From: an uncultured Christensenella sp.
GTDB lineage: Bacteria > Bacillota > Clostridia > Christensenellales > UBA1750
Reading direction: 5' to 3'
Assembly (NCBI GenBank): GCA_905193155.1
Contig: CAJJNQ010000005.1
Location: 6,814 to 70,813 of the forward strand
DNA: 64,000 nucleotides
Both the position numbers and the translations under genes were made by a program. Shown piece after piece: positions 37,015 to 47,249 of the stretch; position 1 is the stretch's first letter, and each line of letters starts with the position of its first letter. The notes under the pieces are model-generated. The model had not been told where the DNA came from and searched no databases. It saw only the letters and a list, made by a program, of their open reading frames with translations.

Positions 37015-37206
37015 TTACGAAAAGAGCGTGCAGCCCATTTCCTTGAACTCTATGATTTTCTTTTCGAGATCCTCGCGCGTCACCTCAAACTTGTGCGCCA
37101 GGCAGTCGATGCAGAGAAACTGTGTCGCCCCGCGGTTGATGAGCTTCTTGGTCAGCCCCACTTCGTTATGGGTCAGCTCCCGGCCGCAGGATATGCACTT
37201 CAGCAT
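37015..37206 (-). CDS. Small CxxC...CxxC zinc-ribbon-like protein, function unknown
   Basis: 63 aa. MLKCISCGRELTHNEVGLTKKLINRGATQFLCIDCLAHKF... The start overlaps the GH27 stop by 7 nt. Confidence 0.55.
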   Translation of the reverse strand: MLKCISCGRELTHNEVGLTKKLINRGATQFLCIDCLAHKFEVTREDLEKKIIEFKEMGCTLFS

Positions 37207-38390
37207 TTGACGAGCTTGCAGCGGAACACGCGGCAGTCGTGGCCAGGAATGACCGGGCAGTAGTAATCGCGCACCACGCCGAGCTTTTCGCCGGTAAAGA
37301 CGTCCGTCATTTCAAAGCCGTAGCCGGAGGTGTAGGGCAGGCCGCAGTCCGCGAAAATGCAGGAGATCTGCGCATCGGACTTGGAAAGGTTGAACAGACC
37401 GATGGCGAACTCCCCGCCGGAGAGGTGCTTGATCATGGTCAGCGCGGTCTGCTCCTGCACGACCCACGGGAATTCGCCGTCCTTGGGGTTGGGGTTTTCA
37501 ACGTTCAGGTCGCCCAGCTGCACGACATACGGCGGACGGGCTTCTTCGTCTTGATTGATGGCGAGGAGCTCTTTGTTGAGCATCAGCTTTTCGCAGAATT
37601 CGTTCATGCTGCGCAGATCGCCGCCCATCATCAGCGGAGCGGAAAGCATGCACCACAGCGCGAACTGCACCTTGTATTCGTTGTCGGTGCACTTGCTGCC
37701 GATGCCGACGTTGCCCTTGCCGTACATGCCGACGGTGAGCATATCGATGTCATTGAAGCAGAAATTGCCGCTGTCGCAGAAGTTGGGCAGCTGCGATTTG
37801 ACGATATCGGTGAAGGACACGAAGTTATCCATGATATCGCCGGTGGAACGGTACATGTGCGCGCCGATGGAGCGCATCCAGTGCCAGGGATCCTCACGAC
37901 CCCAGTTGCAGGCGGAGAACAGGATCTCCCGGCCGGTGGCCTTGAGCGCCATGGACATGGTCTGGTAGCGCATCTTGCAGTCGCCGTTGGCAGGGAAATT
38001 GCAGAAGTCGTACTTCAGGAAATCCACGCCCCAGTCCGCAAAGGTCTGTGCATCCACAAACTCGTGGTCAAAACTGGAGGGATAGCCCGCGCAGGTGCGC
38101 ACGCCCGCACAGGAGTACATGCCGAATTTTAGCCCCTTGCTGTGAACATAGTCCGCAACGGCCTTCATGCCGTGAGGGAATTTTTCGGGATCGGCCACGA
38201 GCAGCCCGTTTTCGTCGCGCTGCTTCAGCGACCAGCAGTCGTCAATGACGAGGTATTCATATCCGGCGTCGCGGTAGCCCTTTTCCACCATGACGTCCGC
38301 CATCTGGCGAATGAGTTCTTCATTGATATTGGGTCCGAAGGTATTCCAGGAATTCCAGCCCATCGGCGCGGTTCTTGCAATCATATTCAA
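37200..38390 (-). CDS. Alpha-galactosidase, glycoside hydrolase family 27
   Basis: 396 aa. MGWNSWNTFGPNINEELIRQMADVMVEKGYRDAGYEYLVIDDCW and LKYDFCN are GH27 hallmarks. No signal peptide. Confidence 0.9.
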   Translation of the reverse strand: MNMIARTAPMGWNSWNTFGPNINEELIRQMADVMVEKGYRDAGYEYLVIDDCWSLKQRDENGLLVADPEKFPHGMKAVADYVHSKGLKFGMYSCAGVRTCAGYPSSFDHEFVDAQTFADWGVDFLKYDFCNFPANGDCKMRYQTMSMALKATGREILFSACNWGREDPWHWMRSIGAHMYRSTGDIMDNFVSFTDIVKSQLPNFCDSGNFCFNDIDMLTVGMYGKGNVGIGSKCTDNEYKVQFALWCMLSAPLMMGGDLRSMNEFCEKLMLNKELLAINQDEEARPPYVVQLGDLNVENPNPKDGEFPWVVQEQTALTMIKHLSGGEFAIGLFNLSKSDAQISCIFADCGLPYTSGYGFEMTDVFTGEKLGVVRDYYCPVIPGHDCRVFRCKLVKC

Positions 38391-38548
38391 ACCATCCTTC
38401 CTTGAAGAGGCTGCTCTTGGCGTCCTCTCTTCTTTACCATTTCAAGCATAGCAGAATCCGATACGCGATTCCATGCAAAAATGACGGAATTCAAATGTAA
38501 AAATGATGGAAAATGTGTTTCGAAAAGATGCGGGATCGCTTCTTTTTC

Positions 38549-38577
38549 TTGCAAAAACCGCAGCAAAACGGTATGAT
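38549..38577 (+). promoter_or_regulatory. Sigma-A-like promoter for asnA-dapF
   Basis: TTGCAA (38549..38554), 17-nt spacer, TATGAT (38572..38577). Confidence 0.55.
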
Positions 38578-38661
38578 TATGTACATACCGCGCATCGCCG
38601 CTTCAACGCAGCAATGCAATATCTTTTCAAACAGCAATCAACGGCCAAAGGAGCGTTTTTT

Positions 38662-39675
38662 ATGGAGCATCTTCATGTTCTGCCCGAGGGATACAAGCCC
38701 TCGTTGGATCTTTATCACACCCAGCTGGCCATCAAGCAGGCCAAGGATGATTTTGAGGAGGCGCTGGCTGCGCAGCTGAACCTCCAGCGCGTTTCCGCGC
38801 CGCTTTTTGTGGACAAGAGCACGGGTCTGAACGACGATCTCAACGGCGTGGAGCGTCCCGTGGAGTTTGATCTGCTCGAGCAGCCCGGCATCGCGGTGCA
38901 GGTGGTGCAGTCGCTTGCAAAATGGAAGCGCTATGCGCTGGGCCGTTACGGTTACCCCGTCGGCCGCGGTCTTTACACCGACATGAACGCCATCCGCCGC
39001 GACGAGACGACCGATAACTTCCACTCGCTCTATGTCGACCAGTGGGACTGGGAAAAGGTCATCGCCCGCGAGGACCGCAACCCTGAATACCTCAAGGATA
39101 CCGTGCGCCGCATCCACCGCGCGCTCTACTCCACCTCCCTGCGCCTGCGCGCGTCTTTTTACGAAGTGGATGTGCAGCTGCCCGAAGAAGTGACCTTCAT
39201 CACCACGGCGGAATTGGAAGACCGCTGGCCTGATCTCTCCCCCGAACAGCGGGAGCTGAAGTTTGTGCGCGAACACGGCGCAGCCTTCTTTATGGGCATC
39301 GGCTGGCCGCTGAGGAACGGTCTGCCGCATGACGGCCGCGCGCCGGACTACGATGACTGGTCCCTCAACGGCGACCTGGTTTACTATCACAAGGCACTGG
39401 ACACCCGTTTGGAAATTTCCTCCATGGGCATTCGCGTGGATTCCGCCTCGATGATGGCGCAGCTCTCTGCGGCAAACAAGCTGGAGCGCGCTGCGCTGCC
39501 CTTCCACAGCGCGCTGATCGACGGAAGGCTTCCGCTGACCATTGGCGGCGGCATCGGGCAGTCCCGCCTGTGCATGCTGTTGCTGGGCAAAGCGCACATC
39601 GGCGAGGTTCAGTGCTCCATCTGGCCGGCAGAGGTGGTCGAGCAGTTCCGCGTGGCGGGCGTACCGCTGCTGTAA
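38662..39675 (+). CDS. asnA: Aspartate--ammonia ligase (asparagine synthetase A)
   Basis: ORF 38503..39675. ATG at 38662 (MEHLHVLPEGYKPSLDLYHTQLAIKQAKD) with AAAGGAG upstream. DQWDWEKVI and GGGIGQSRLCMLLL motifs. Confidence 0.9.
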   Translation: MEHLHVLPEGYKPSLDLYHTQLAIKQAKDDFEEALAAQLNLQRVSAPLFVDKSTGLNDDLNGVERPVEFDLLEQPGIAVQVVQSLAKWKRYALGRYGYPVGRGLYTDMNAIRRDETTDNFHSLYVDQWDWEKVIAREDRNPEYLKDTVRRIHRALYSTSLRLRASFYEVDVQLPEEVTFITTAELEDRWPDLSPEQRELKFVREHGAAFFMGIGWPLRNGLPHDGRAPDYDDWSLNGDLVYYHKALDTRLEISSMGIRVDSASMMAQLSAANKLERAALPFHSALIDGRLPLTIGGGIGQSRLCMLLLGKAHIGEVQCSIWPAEVVEQFRVAGVPLL

Positions 39676-39687
39676 AAAGGAGTCATC

Positions 39688-40539
39688 GTGATGCACTTTA
39701 TCAAAATGCACGGCATCGGCAATGATTATATCTACGTCGATGAATTTCTCTATAAGGCCCCGGCGGACATCGGGGACGCGGCACGCCTCGCCAGCGACCG
39801 CCACACCGGCATCGGCGGCGACGGACTGATTCTGATCCAGCCCTCGCAGATCGCGGATTGCAAAATGCGGATGTTCAATGCAGACGGCAGCGAAGGGCGG
39901 ATGTGCGGCAACGCGATCCGCTGCATCGCGCGGTATATGCTGGAACGCCATCCGGAAATCTGCCCCGGCGATACGGTGCGGATTGAAACGCTCTCCGGCA
40001 TCAAAATCGTCACGGCACAGCGCGATGTGGAAGGCAAGCCTTCGATGCTGCGCGCAGATATGGGCGTGCCAGGGCTTTCCCCTGAAAGCATCCCCGTGCT
40101 GACTGCCACGCCGCAGGATCTATTGATCGAAGTTCCCGGCTTTTCAGGGTGCGGCGTGTGCGTATCGATGGGCAGTCCTCACATCGTGTTCTTCATCGAC
40201 AGCGACCCATCAGAGTTGGATATCACCCACATCGGTCCGGCAATTGAGAGTCATTCTCTCTTTCCTGAGCGTGTGAACGTGGAATTCGTACAGATGCAGC
40301 CTGACGGCAGCCTGAAGATGCGCGTCTGGGAGCGCGGCAGCGGCGAGACAATGGCCTGCGGCACCGGCGCATGCGCCACGGCGGTTGCCGCCATGCTGAA
40401 AGGCCGTACCCCGCAGCGCACCACGACGGTTCATCTGCGCGGCGGCGACCTGATCATCGAGTGGAATCCCGATAACAACCGCGTCTACATGACCGGCCCC
40501 GCAGCGCTCGTCTTTGAGGGCGAGTGGCTGGAAGCCTAA
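39688..40539 (+). CDS. dapF: Diaminopimelate epimerase
   Basis: 283 aa. FIKMHGIGNDYIYVD, catalytic Cys motifs MCGNAIRC and MACGTGACA. The start may be GTG 39688 or ATG 39691. Confidence 0.92.
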   Translation: MMHFIKMHGIGNDYIYVDEFLYKAPADIGDAARLASDRHTGIGGDGLILIQPSQIADCKMRMFNADGSEGRMCGNAIRCIARYMLERHPEICPGDTVRIETLSGIKIVTAQRDVEGKPSMLRADMGVPGLSPESIPVLTATPQDLLIEVPGFSGCGVCVSMGSPHIVFFIDSDPSELDITHIGPAIESHSLFPERVNVEFVQMQPDGSLKMRVWERGSGETMACGTGACATAVAAMLKGRTPQRTTTVHLRGGDLIIEWNPDNNRVYMTGPAALVFEGEWLEA

Positions 40540-40587
40540 AAAACAAAAACAGCGCCCTCCGTCCCATGTGCGGAGGGCGCTGTTTCG
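40540..40587. terminator. Bidirectional terminator between convergent dapF and the hypothetical gene
   Basis: aacagcgccctccg (40548..40561) pairs with cggagggcgctgtt (40571..40584), 14 bp. A/T runs on both sides. Confidence 0.8.
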
Positions 40588-41481
40588 TTAGAACAGATCA
40601 AGCATATTGTCCAGATAGATTTCCTCTCGGACATTGATCTGAAAATCCGGCTTGGTCAGATAATAGAGCAGAAATTCTAAAATCAACGCGCTGCCCAATC
40701 CTCTGCCTTCAATTTTGAAATTCGTAAAGCCCATCGCCAGATAAGTGCTCCGAATCTCTTCTGTACGGATAAAGCTGGGATTCTTCATCGCTTCCGAGAA
40801 CCGATAGCCGTTTTGCGCGCCGGGCGCGGTGCAGTGGTGTTCCATTCCATCCAGCCCGAGGTTTTTCCGGCTGACGGCCTCATAGCACTTTTTCCGATCC
40901 TTGCAGCCGAACCAGCAGCATTCGTTGCAGAGGAATTCTGTTTTGTCCTTTTGTGCATCGGTCAGCGTATTCAGCTGCGCGAATGCTTTGTTCAGGCGGA
41001 AATCAGGGACGACATAGCGAAACTCCGCCCGCGCCGTCTCTGCGCGAAGCTGCTCAAAATCCGTCAGCACTTTGGTCGTGGACGAGACAAGATACAGCCC
41101 CGGATAATTCTTCCGCAGATAGGCGGTAAGCAATTCAGAATGGACGATCACGCCGTTGGGCACGCCGCTTTTTTCGAACAGCGTGCAAAGTGCGTTGCAG
41201 CGCGCATCTGCAAGGTGCTTTTCTTCCAGCAGCGAGTTGCTGAACGTCAGCCGCGCGGAAATGCCGTATTCCTCCAGCAGCGCCAGCACTTCCCGCGGGT
41301 TGCACTCCCCATCCTCCACCCTGCCGCCGCCCCAGAGGCAGTCTGACGGCGCACCGTAGATCGAGCCGATCTCGCTTTCCTCATAAAACCAGTCCCGATG
41401 TTTCCTGAACAGGGGCAGAAACACGCGATATAATTCATAAAACTCAAACAACCCCGGCAGATGATAAACGGCTTTCCGCAT
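40588..41481 (-). CDS. Hypothetical protein with a central Cys cluster; family not recognised
   Basis: 297 aa. MRKAVYHLPGLFEFYELYRVFLPLFRKHRDWFY... Alternating beta/alpha-like segments (ISARLTFSN, GVIVHSE, LYLVSSTT, RYVVPDF). FLCNECCWFGCKDRKKCYE cluster plus HHC. Confidence 0.5.
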   Translation of the reverse strand: MRKAVYHLPGLFEFYELYRVFLPLFRKHRDWFYEESEIGSIYGAPSDCLWGGGRVEDGECNPREVLALLEEYGISARLTFSNSLLEEKHLADARCNALCTLFEKSGVPNGVIVHSELLTAYLRKNYPGLYLVSSTTKVLTDFEQLRAETARAEFRYVVPDFRLNKAFAQLNTLTDAQKDKTEFLCNECCWFGCKDRKKCYEAVSRKNLGLDGMEHHCTAPGAQNGYRFSEAMKNPSFIRTEEIRSTYLAMGFTNFKIEGRGLGSALILEFLLYYLTKPDFQINVREEIYLDNMLDLF

Positions 41482-41515
41482 GCACTCTTCCCCCTTCGGC
41501 CCGATTCATTATAGC

Positions 41516-41550
41516 AGAAAAGGCCGCCTGTGAAAACAGGCCGCCTTTTC
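41516..41550 (-). terminator. gdhA terminator
   Basis: aggccgcctgt (41521..41531) pairs with acaggccgcct (41536..41546) at 10 of 11 positions, GAAA loop. Flanking A- and T-runs. Confidence 0.7.
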
Positions 41551-41579
41551 TGCGTTCATTTCAATCCACGCGGGGTAAA

Positions 41580-43019
<1,440 letters not shown>

Positions 43020-43040
43020 TCATTAAATGTTTTTTACATA

Positions 43041-43078
43041 GCAAAACCGGCATGATTTTGCAGGAAATCATGCCGGTT
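43041..43078 (-). terminator. Terminator after the ior/paaK/ACT operon
   Basis: aaccggcatgattt (43045..43058) pairs with aaatcatgccggtt (43065..43078), 14 bp. ttttgc follows on the minus strand. Confidence 0.8.
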
Positions 43079-43116
43079 GCTTTCCACTTCACGGAATCGC
43101 TGCATAAATAAACACT

Positions 43117-43542
43117 TTATGCAATCTCGTTCTGCTCCAGAATGCGGATGCCGTTGTCCTTGAGCAGCTGCGCACACCGCTCGGGCTGATCGACGCGGAA
43201 GATGATGATGGCGTCGTTGCCCACACGGCGGACAAAGGAATAAAGGTACTCGATAAAGATGTCGTTATCGCTGAGCAGCTGGAGCACGCCGTCCAGCCCG
43301 CCGGGAACATCGGGCACGGCCACGGCCAGCACCTCGGTCAGGTTGGCGGTAAAACCCGCATCGCGGGAGATCTTCAGCGCCTTGTCGTTGTCGGAGACGA
43401 TAGCGCGCAGGATGCCGAAATTCGTGGTATCGGCAATGGAGAGCGCGATCAGGTCAATGTCGTTTTTGCCCAGGAGCTTGGTAAACTCCGTCAGGCGTCC
43501 GTGGCGGTTCTCGATGAACACGGAGATCTGCTTGATAAACAT
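43117..43542 (-). CDS. ACT-domain (amino-acid-binding) protein
   Basis: 141 aa. Two ACT-like halves (ISVFIENRHGRLTEFTKLLGKNDIDLIALSIAD... and LAVAVPDVPGGLDGVLQLLSDNDIFIEYLYSF). Confidence 0.75.
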   Translation of the reverse strand: MFIKQISVFIENRHGRLTEFTKLLGKNDIDLIALSIADTTNFGILRAIVSDNDKALKISRDAGFTANLTEVLAVAVPDVPGGLDGVLQLLSDNDIFIEYLYSFVRRVGNDAIIIFRVDQPERCAQLLKDNGIRILEQNEIA

Positions 43543-43578
43543 AACTGCGGCCTCCTTGTATATTGCTGCGGCGGATTC

Positions 43579-44886
43579 TCAGTCCGCCAGCTTGCGCTTG
43601 TCGATGATGTGCTTGCTCTTGCCTTCGCTGCGCTCGATGGAATTGGGTGTCATCAGGCGCACGGTCACGCCCAAGCCCAGAATCTGTTCGATCGCCTTCT
43701 GCACCCGCGCGCGGAGTTCCTCGATCTTGCGGACCTCGTCGGAAACCAGTTCGGGCAGCAGCTCGACCTGCACCTCCAGCGTATCGAGGTTGCGCACGCG
43801 ATCCACCACCAGCATATAGCGCGGGGCAATGCCCTCGATGCCGGTGATCGCGGTTTCGACCTGTGAGGGAAACACATTCACACCGCGAATGACGAGCATA
43901 TCGTCCGTACGGCCATGCAGACGGCAAATACGGCGATGTGTGCGCCCGCAGGAGCAGGGTTCAGGCATGATGGCGGTCAGGTCATGCGTGCGGAAGCGCA
44001 CGGTGGGCATGCCCTCCTTGCCGATGGTGGTGATGACCAGCTCTCCCCTTTCGCCATCGGGCAACGGTTCACCCGTCACAGGATCGACGATCTCCGGGAT
44101 GAAATAATCCTCCCAGATGTGCAGTCCCTCGCCCTCGAGGCACTGCATCGCCACGCCGGGGCCGACGCTCTCGGTCAGACCGTAAATGTCCAGCGCGCGG
44201 ATGTTCAGCAGTCTCTCGATCTCGCTGCGCATGCCCTCTGTCCAGGGTTCGGCGCCAAAGATGCCGACGCGGAGCTTGAAGTTGGTCATATCGATCTTCT
44301 GATCGCGGATGGTTTCGCCCATCATCAGAGCATAGGACGGCGTGCAGGCGATGGCGGTCGTTCCAAGATCCTGCATCAGCATCAACTGGCGCTTGGTGTT
44401 GCCCGCGGAGATCGGCACAACGGTCGCCCCGATACGCTCCACACCGTAATGAAGGCCCAACCCCCCGGTGAACAGACCGTAGCCATAGGCCACCTGCACG
44501 GTATCTTTTTTCGTCACACCCGCGCAGCCCAGACCTCTTGCCACGCATTCCGCCCACATCTGCAAATCGTTGGCGGTATATCCCGCCACAATCGGCTTGC
44601 CGGTGGTGCCGGAAGAAGCATGGATGCGGACGATTTCCTGCCTGGGCGCAGCGAAGGTGCCAAAGGGGTAATTGTCGCGCAGATCACGCTTATCCATAAA
44701 GGGAAGCAGTCTTAGATCCGCAAGGCTCTGAACATCCTCGGGCTTTACACCCTGCTGCTGCATTCTCTCCCGATAAAAAGGGACGTTGGTATACATCCGC
44801 AGGACAGTCCTTTGCAGCCGCTCCAGCTGAATGCGTTCCAAATCCTCCCTTCCGATGGTTTCCATCGGTTTGTTCCAGTAATACAT
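43579..44886 (-). CDS. Phenylacetate--CoA ligase family (PaaK-like aryl-acetate CoA ligase), copy 2
   Basis: 435 aa. RIHASSGTTGKPIV AMP-binding motif, GLFTGGLGLHYG, C-terminal PaaK-type domain. Confidence 0.85.
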   Translation of the reverse strand: MYYWNKPMETIGREDLERIQLERLQRTVLRMYTNVPFYRERMQQQGVKPEDVQSLADLRLLPFMDKRDLRDNYPFGTFAAPRQEIVRIHASSGTTGKPIVAGYTANDLQMWAECVARGLGCAGVTKKDTVQVAYGYGLFTGGLGLHYGVERIGATVVPISAGNTKRQLMLMQDLGTTAIACTPSYALMMGETIRDQKIDMTNFKLRVGIFGAEPWTEGMRSEIERLLNIRALDIYGLTESVGPGVAMQCLEGEGLHIWEDYFIPEIVDPVTGEPLPDGERGELVITTIGKEGMPTVRFRTHDLTAIMPEPCSCGRTHRRICRLHGRTDDMLVIRGVNVFPSQVETAITGIEGIAPRYMLVVDRVRNLDTLEVQVELLPELVSDEVRKIEELRARVQKAIEQILGLGVTVRLMTPNSIERSEGKSKHIIDKRKLAD

Positions 44887-44926
44887 GGGTCTCTCCTCCT
44901 AATCTTTCTGCCGTACTCCGGGATCG

Positions 44927-45496
44927 TCAGGCATTATAGCCCGACTCGAACGCGGCAAGATTGGCCTCGAGGAATTTTTCCGGAACGCAGGCTCTGAGCG
45001 CATCCAGCCAGAGTTGCTTGTCAAAATCCAGGCGCTTGGCCAGCGCGCCGAGCAGCACCGTGTTGACCGCTTTTGCATTGCCCGCCTGCGCTGCCATGGG
45101 CAGTGCGGGCAGCGCCACGACATTGGCCTTTTCCTTGAGTGTCTGCAATATATTTTCGGGATATTTTGCTGCGCCGATGATGACGGGCAGCGGCAGGATC
45201 TGCTGGGTGTTGACGATCAGCGTTCCGCCGTCCTTTAGATAGGTCAGATCGCGCAGCGCTTCCAGCTCTTCAAAGGCGAGCACAAAATCCGCGCCCTTCT
45301 GCTCGATCATGGGAGAATAAACTTTCTCACCCATACGGACATAGGTGATGACCGATCCGCCGCGCTGGCTCATGCCATGCACTTCGGAAACCTTAACATC
45401 GTGGCCCAGTTCCATGGCGATGTGGCCGAGGATGCGGGACGCCAGCAGCGTTCCCTGTCCGCCGACGCCGCAGATGACGATATTGAGATCCTTCAT
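44927..45496 (-). CDS. iorB: Indolepyruvate:ferredoxin oxidoreductase, beta subunit
   Basis: 189 aa. ICGVGGQGTLLASRILG and SEVHGMSQRGGSV. Confidence 0.85.
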   Translation of the reverse strand: MKDLNIVICGVGGQGTLLASRILGHIAMELGHDVKVSEVHGMSQRGGSVITYVRMGEKVYSPMIEQKGADFVLAFEELEALRDLTYLKDGGTLIVNTQQILPLPVIIGAAKYPENILQTLKEKANVVALPALPMAAQAGNAKAVNTVLLGALAKRLDFDKQLWLDALRACVPEKFLEANLAAFESGYNA

Positions 45497-45498
45497 GG

Positions 45499-47238
45499 TT
45501 AACGCTCGCCTCCTTCAATCGCGCCGAAATGGCACATCTCCTTGCAAAGGCCGCAGCCGTTGCAAAGCGATGCATCGATCGACACCTGACCGTTTTCCGC
45601 CTTGAGGATGGCCGGGCAGCCGATCTTCATGCACATGCCGCATTTTCTGCACTTATCCGTGTTGATTGCGCAGGGCGCGGTCTTTTTCTTGACGAGCAGC
45701 GCGCAGGGACGGCGGGCGATGATGACGGAGGGCACGTCCTTTTCGGACTCCTCCATGATGGTCTGCTCCAACTCCCTCATATTAAAGGGATCAACCACGC
45801 GCACCGACGGCACGCCGATGGCCTCACAGAGCTTGACGACGTCAAGCTGCGGCGCAATTTCGCCGCGGACGTTGAAGCCCGTGGTTGGATTGGGCTGATG
45901 ACCCGTCATGCCGGTAGTGGAGTTATCCACGATGATGACAGTGGAGTGTCCCTGATTATACACCATGTCCACAAGGCCTGTGATGCCGGAATGGACGAAG
46001 GTGGAATCGCCGATCACGGCGACGGTCTTTTTCGCAAAGTCACGACCGCGCGCCTTTTCCAGACCCAACGCCATGCCGATGGACGCGCCCATGCATACCA
46101 CAGAATCCACCGCGGCCAGCGGAGGCATTGCGCCCAGCGTGTAACAGCCGATATCCGCCGCGACGGTCAGTCCGAGCTTTTTGAGCACATAGAACACCGC
46201 TCTGTGCGGGCAGCCGGGGCAGAGCACCGGCGGGCGCATCGGGACGCCCTGGGTTTCGGCCGGACCGCAATCGGCCTCGCCGCCGAAGAGACGACCCACC
46301 TTGCGCACGAACAGTTCGCCCTGCAAGCCGGTTTTGTCCTTGCCGGAACAGGGGATGCCCATGGCCTTGATCGCGTCCTCAAAGAAGGGCTCCAGCTCCT
46401 CCACCACGAGCAGCTGATCGACCTTCGAAGCAAAATCGCGAATCAGCTTTTCAGGCAGCGGATAGACCATGCCGAGCTTGAGCACGGAGGCATTCGGCAG
46501 TGCTTCCTTAACATACTGATAGGCGGAACCCGAACAGACCACGCCGACTTTGGTATCCGCCATCTCCACGCGATTGAAGCCGAGGGCATCAATCTCCTCT
46601 TCCAGCTTCTTTTCGCGCGCTTCGACCACAACGTGACGGCCCTTGGCGTTGCCGGGCATCATGACGTATTTCTTGATGTCCTTCTCGTAATCCTTGAGCG
46701 GGATCTCCTGACGCACGCCTTCTTCCACAAGAGATCTGGCGTGCGCAATGCGGGTCACGAGGCGCAGCATCACGGGCGTGTCGTATTTTTCGGAGATTTC
46801 GAAAGCGCGCATCACATACTCGCGGCACTCGGCGCTGTCGGCAGGTTCGAGCATCGGGACGTGTGCGCTGCGGGCGTAAAAGCGGCTGTCCTGCTCGTTC
46901 TGAGAGGAGTGCATGCCGGGATCGTCCGCCGCGACGAGCACAAGGCCGCCGCGCACGCCGGTATAGGCCGCGGTAAACAGCGGGTCGGCCGCCACATTGA
47001 CGCCGACGTGCTTCATGCAGCAGATGGCTCTGGCGCCGCCCATCGACGCGCCGATGGCCACTTCGAGGGCGACCTTTTCGTTGGGCGCCCATTCGCAGTA
47101 GACCTCATCCTTGGAATACTTCGCCATGTTTTCGGTAATTTCGGTAGAGGGCGTTCCGGGATAGGCGACGGCGACGCGCACGCCCGCTTCGTAAGCGCCT
47201 CTGGCAACAGCTTCGTTGCCCAGCATCAGTTCTTTCAT
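45499..47238 (-). CDS. iorA: Indolepyruvate:ferredoxin oxidoreductase, alpha subunit (TPP, 2x[4Fe-4S])
   Basis: 579 aa. GNEAVARGAYEAGVRVAVAYPGTPSTEI. C-terminal CRKCGMCMKIGCP and CNGCGLCKEMC ferredoxin motifs. Confidence 0.9.
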   Translation of the reverse strand: MKELMLGNEAVARGAYEAGVRVAVAYPGTPSTEITENMAKYSKDEVYCEWAPNEKVALEVAIGASMGGARAICCMKHVGVNVAADPLFTAAYTGVRGGLVLVAADDPGMHSSQNEQDSRFYARSAHVPMLEPADSAECREYVMRAFEISEKYDTPVMLRLVTRIAHARSLVEEGVRQEIPLKDYEKDIKKYVMMPGNAKGRHVVVEAREKKLEEEIDALGFNRVEMADTKVGVVCSGSAYQYVKEALPNASVLKLGMVYPLPEKLIRDFASKVDQLLVVEELEPFFEDAIKAMGIPCSGKDKTGLQGELFVRKVGRLFGGEADCGPAETQGVPMRPPVLCPGCPHRAVFYVLKKLGLTVAADIGCYTLGAMPPLAAVDSVVCMGASIGMALGLEKARGRDFAKKTVAVIGDSTFVHSGITGLVDMVYNQGHSTVIIVDNSTTGMTGHQPNPTTGFNVRGEIAPQLDVVKLCEAIGVPSVRVVDPFNMRELEQTIMEESEKDVPSVIIARRPCALLVKKKTAPCAINTDKCRKCGMCMKIGCPAILKAENGQVSIDASLCNGCGLCKEMCHFGAIEGGER

Positions 47239-47249
47239 AATTTATCTCC

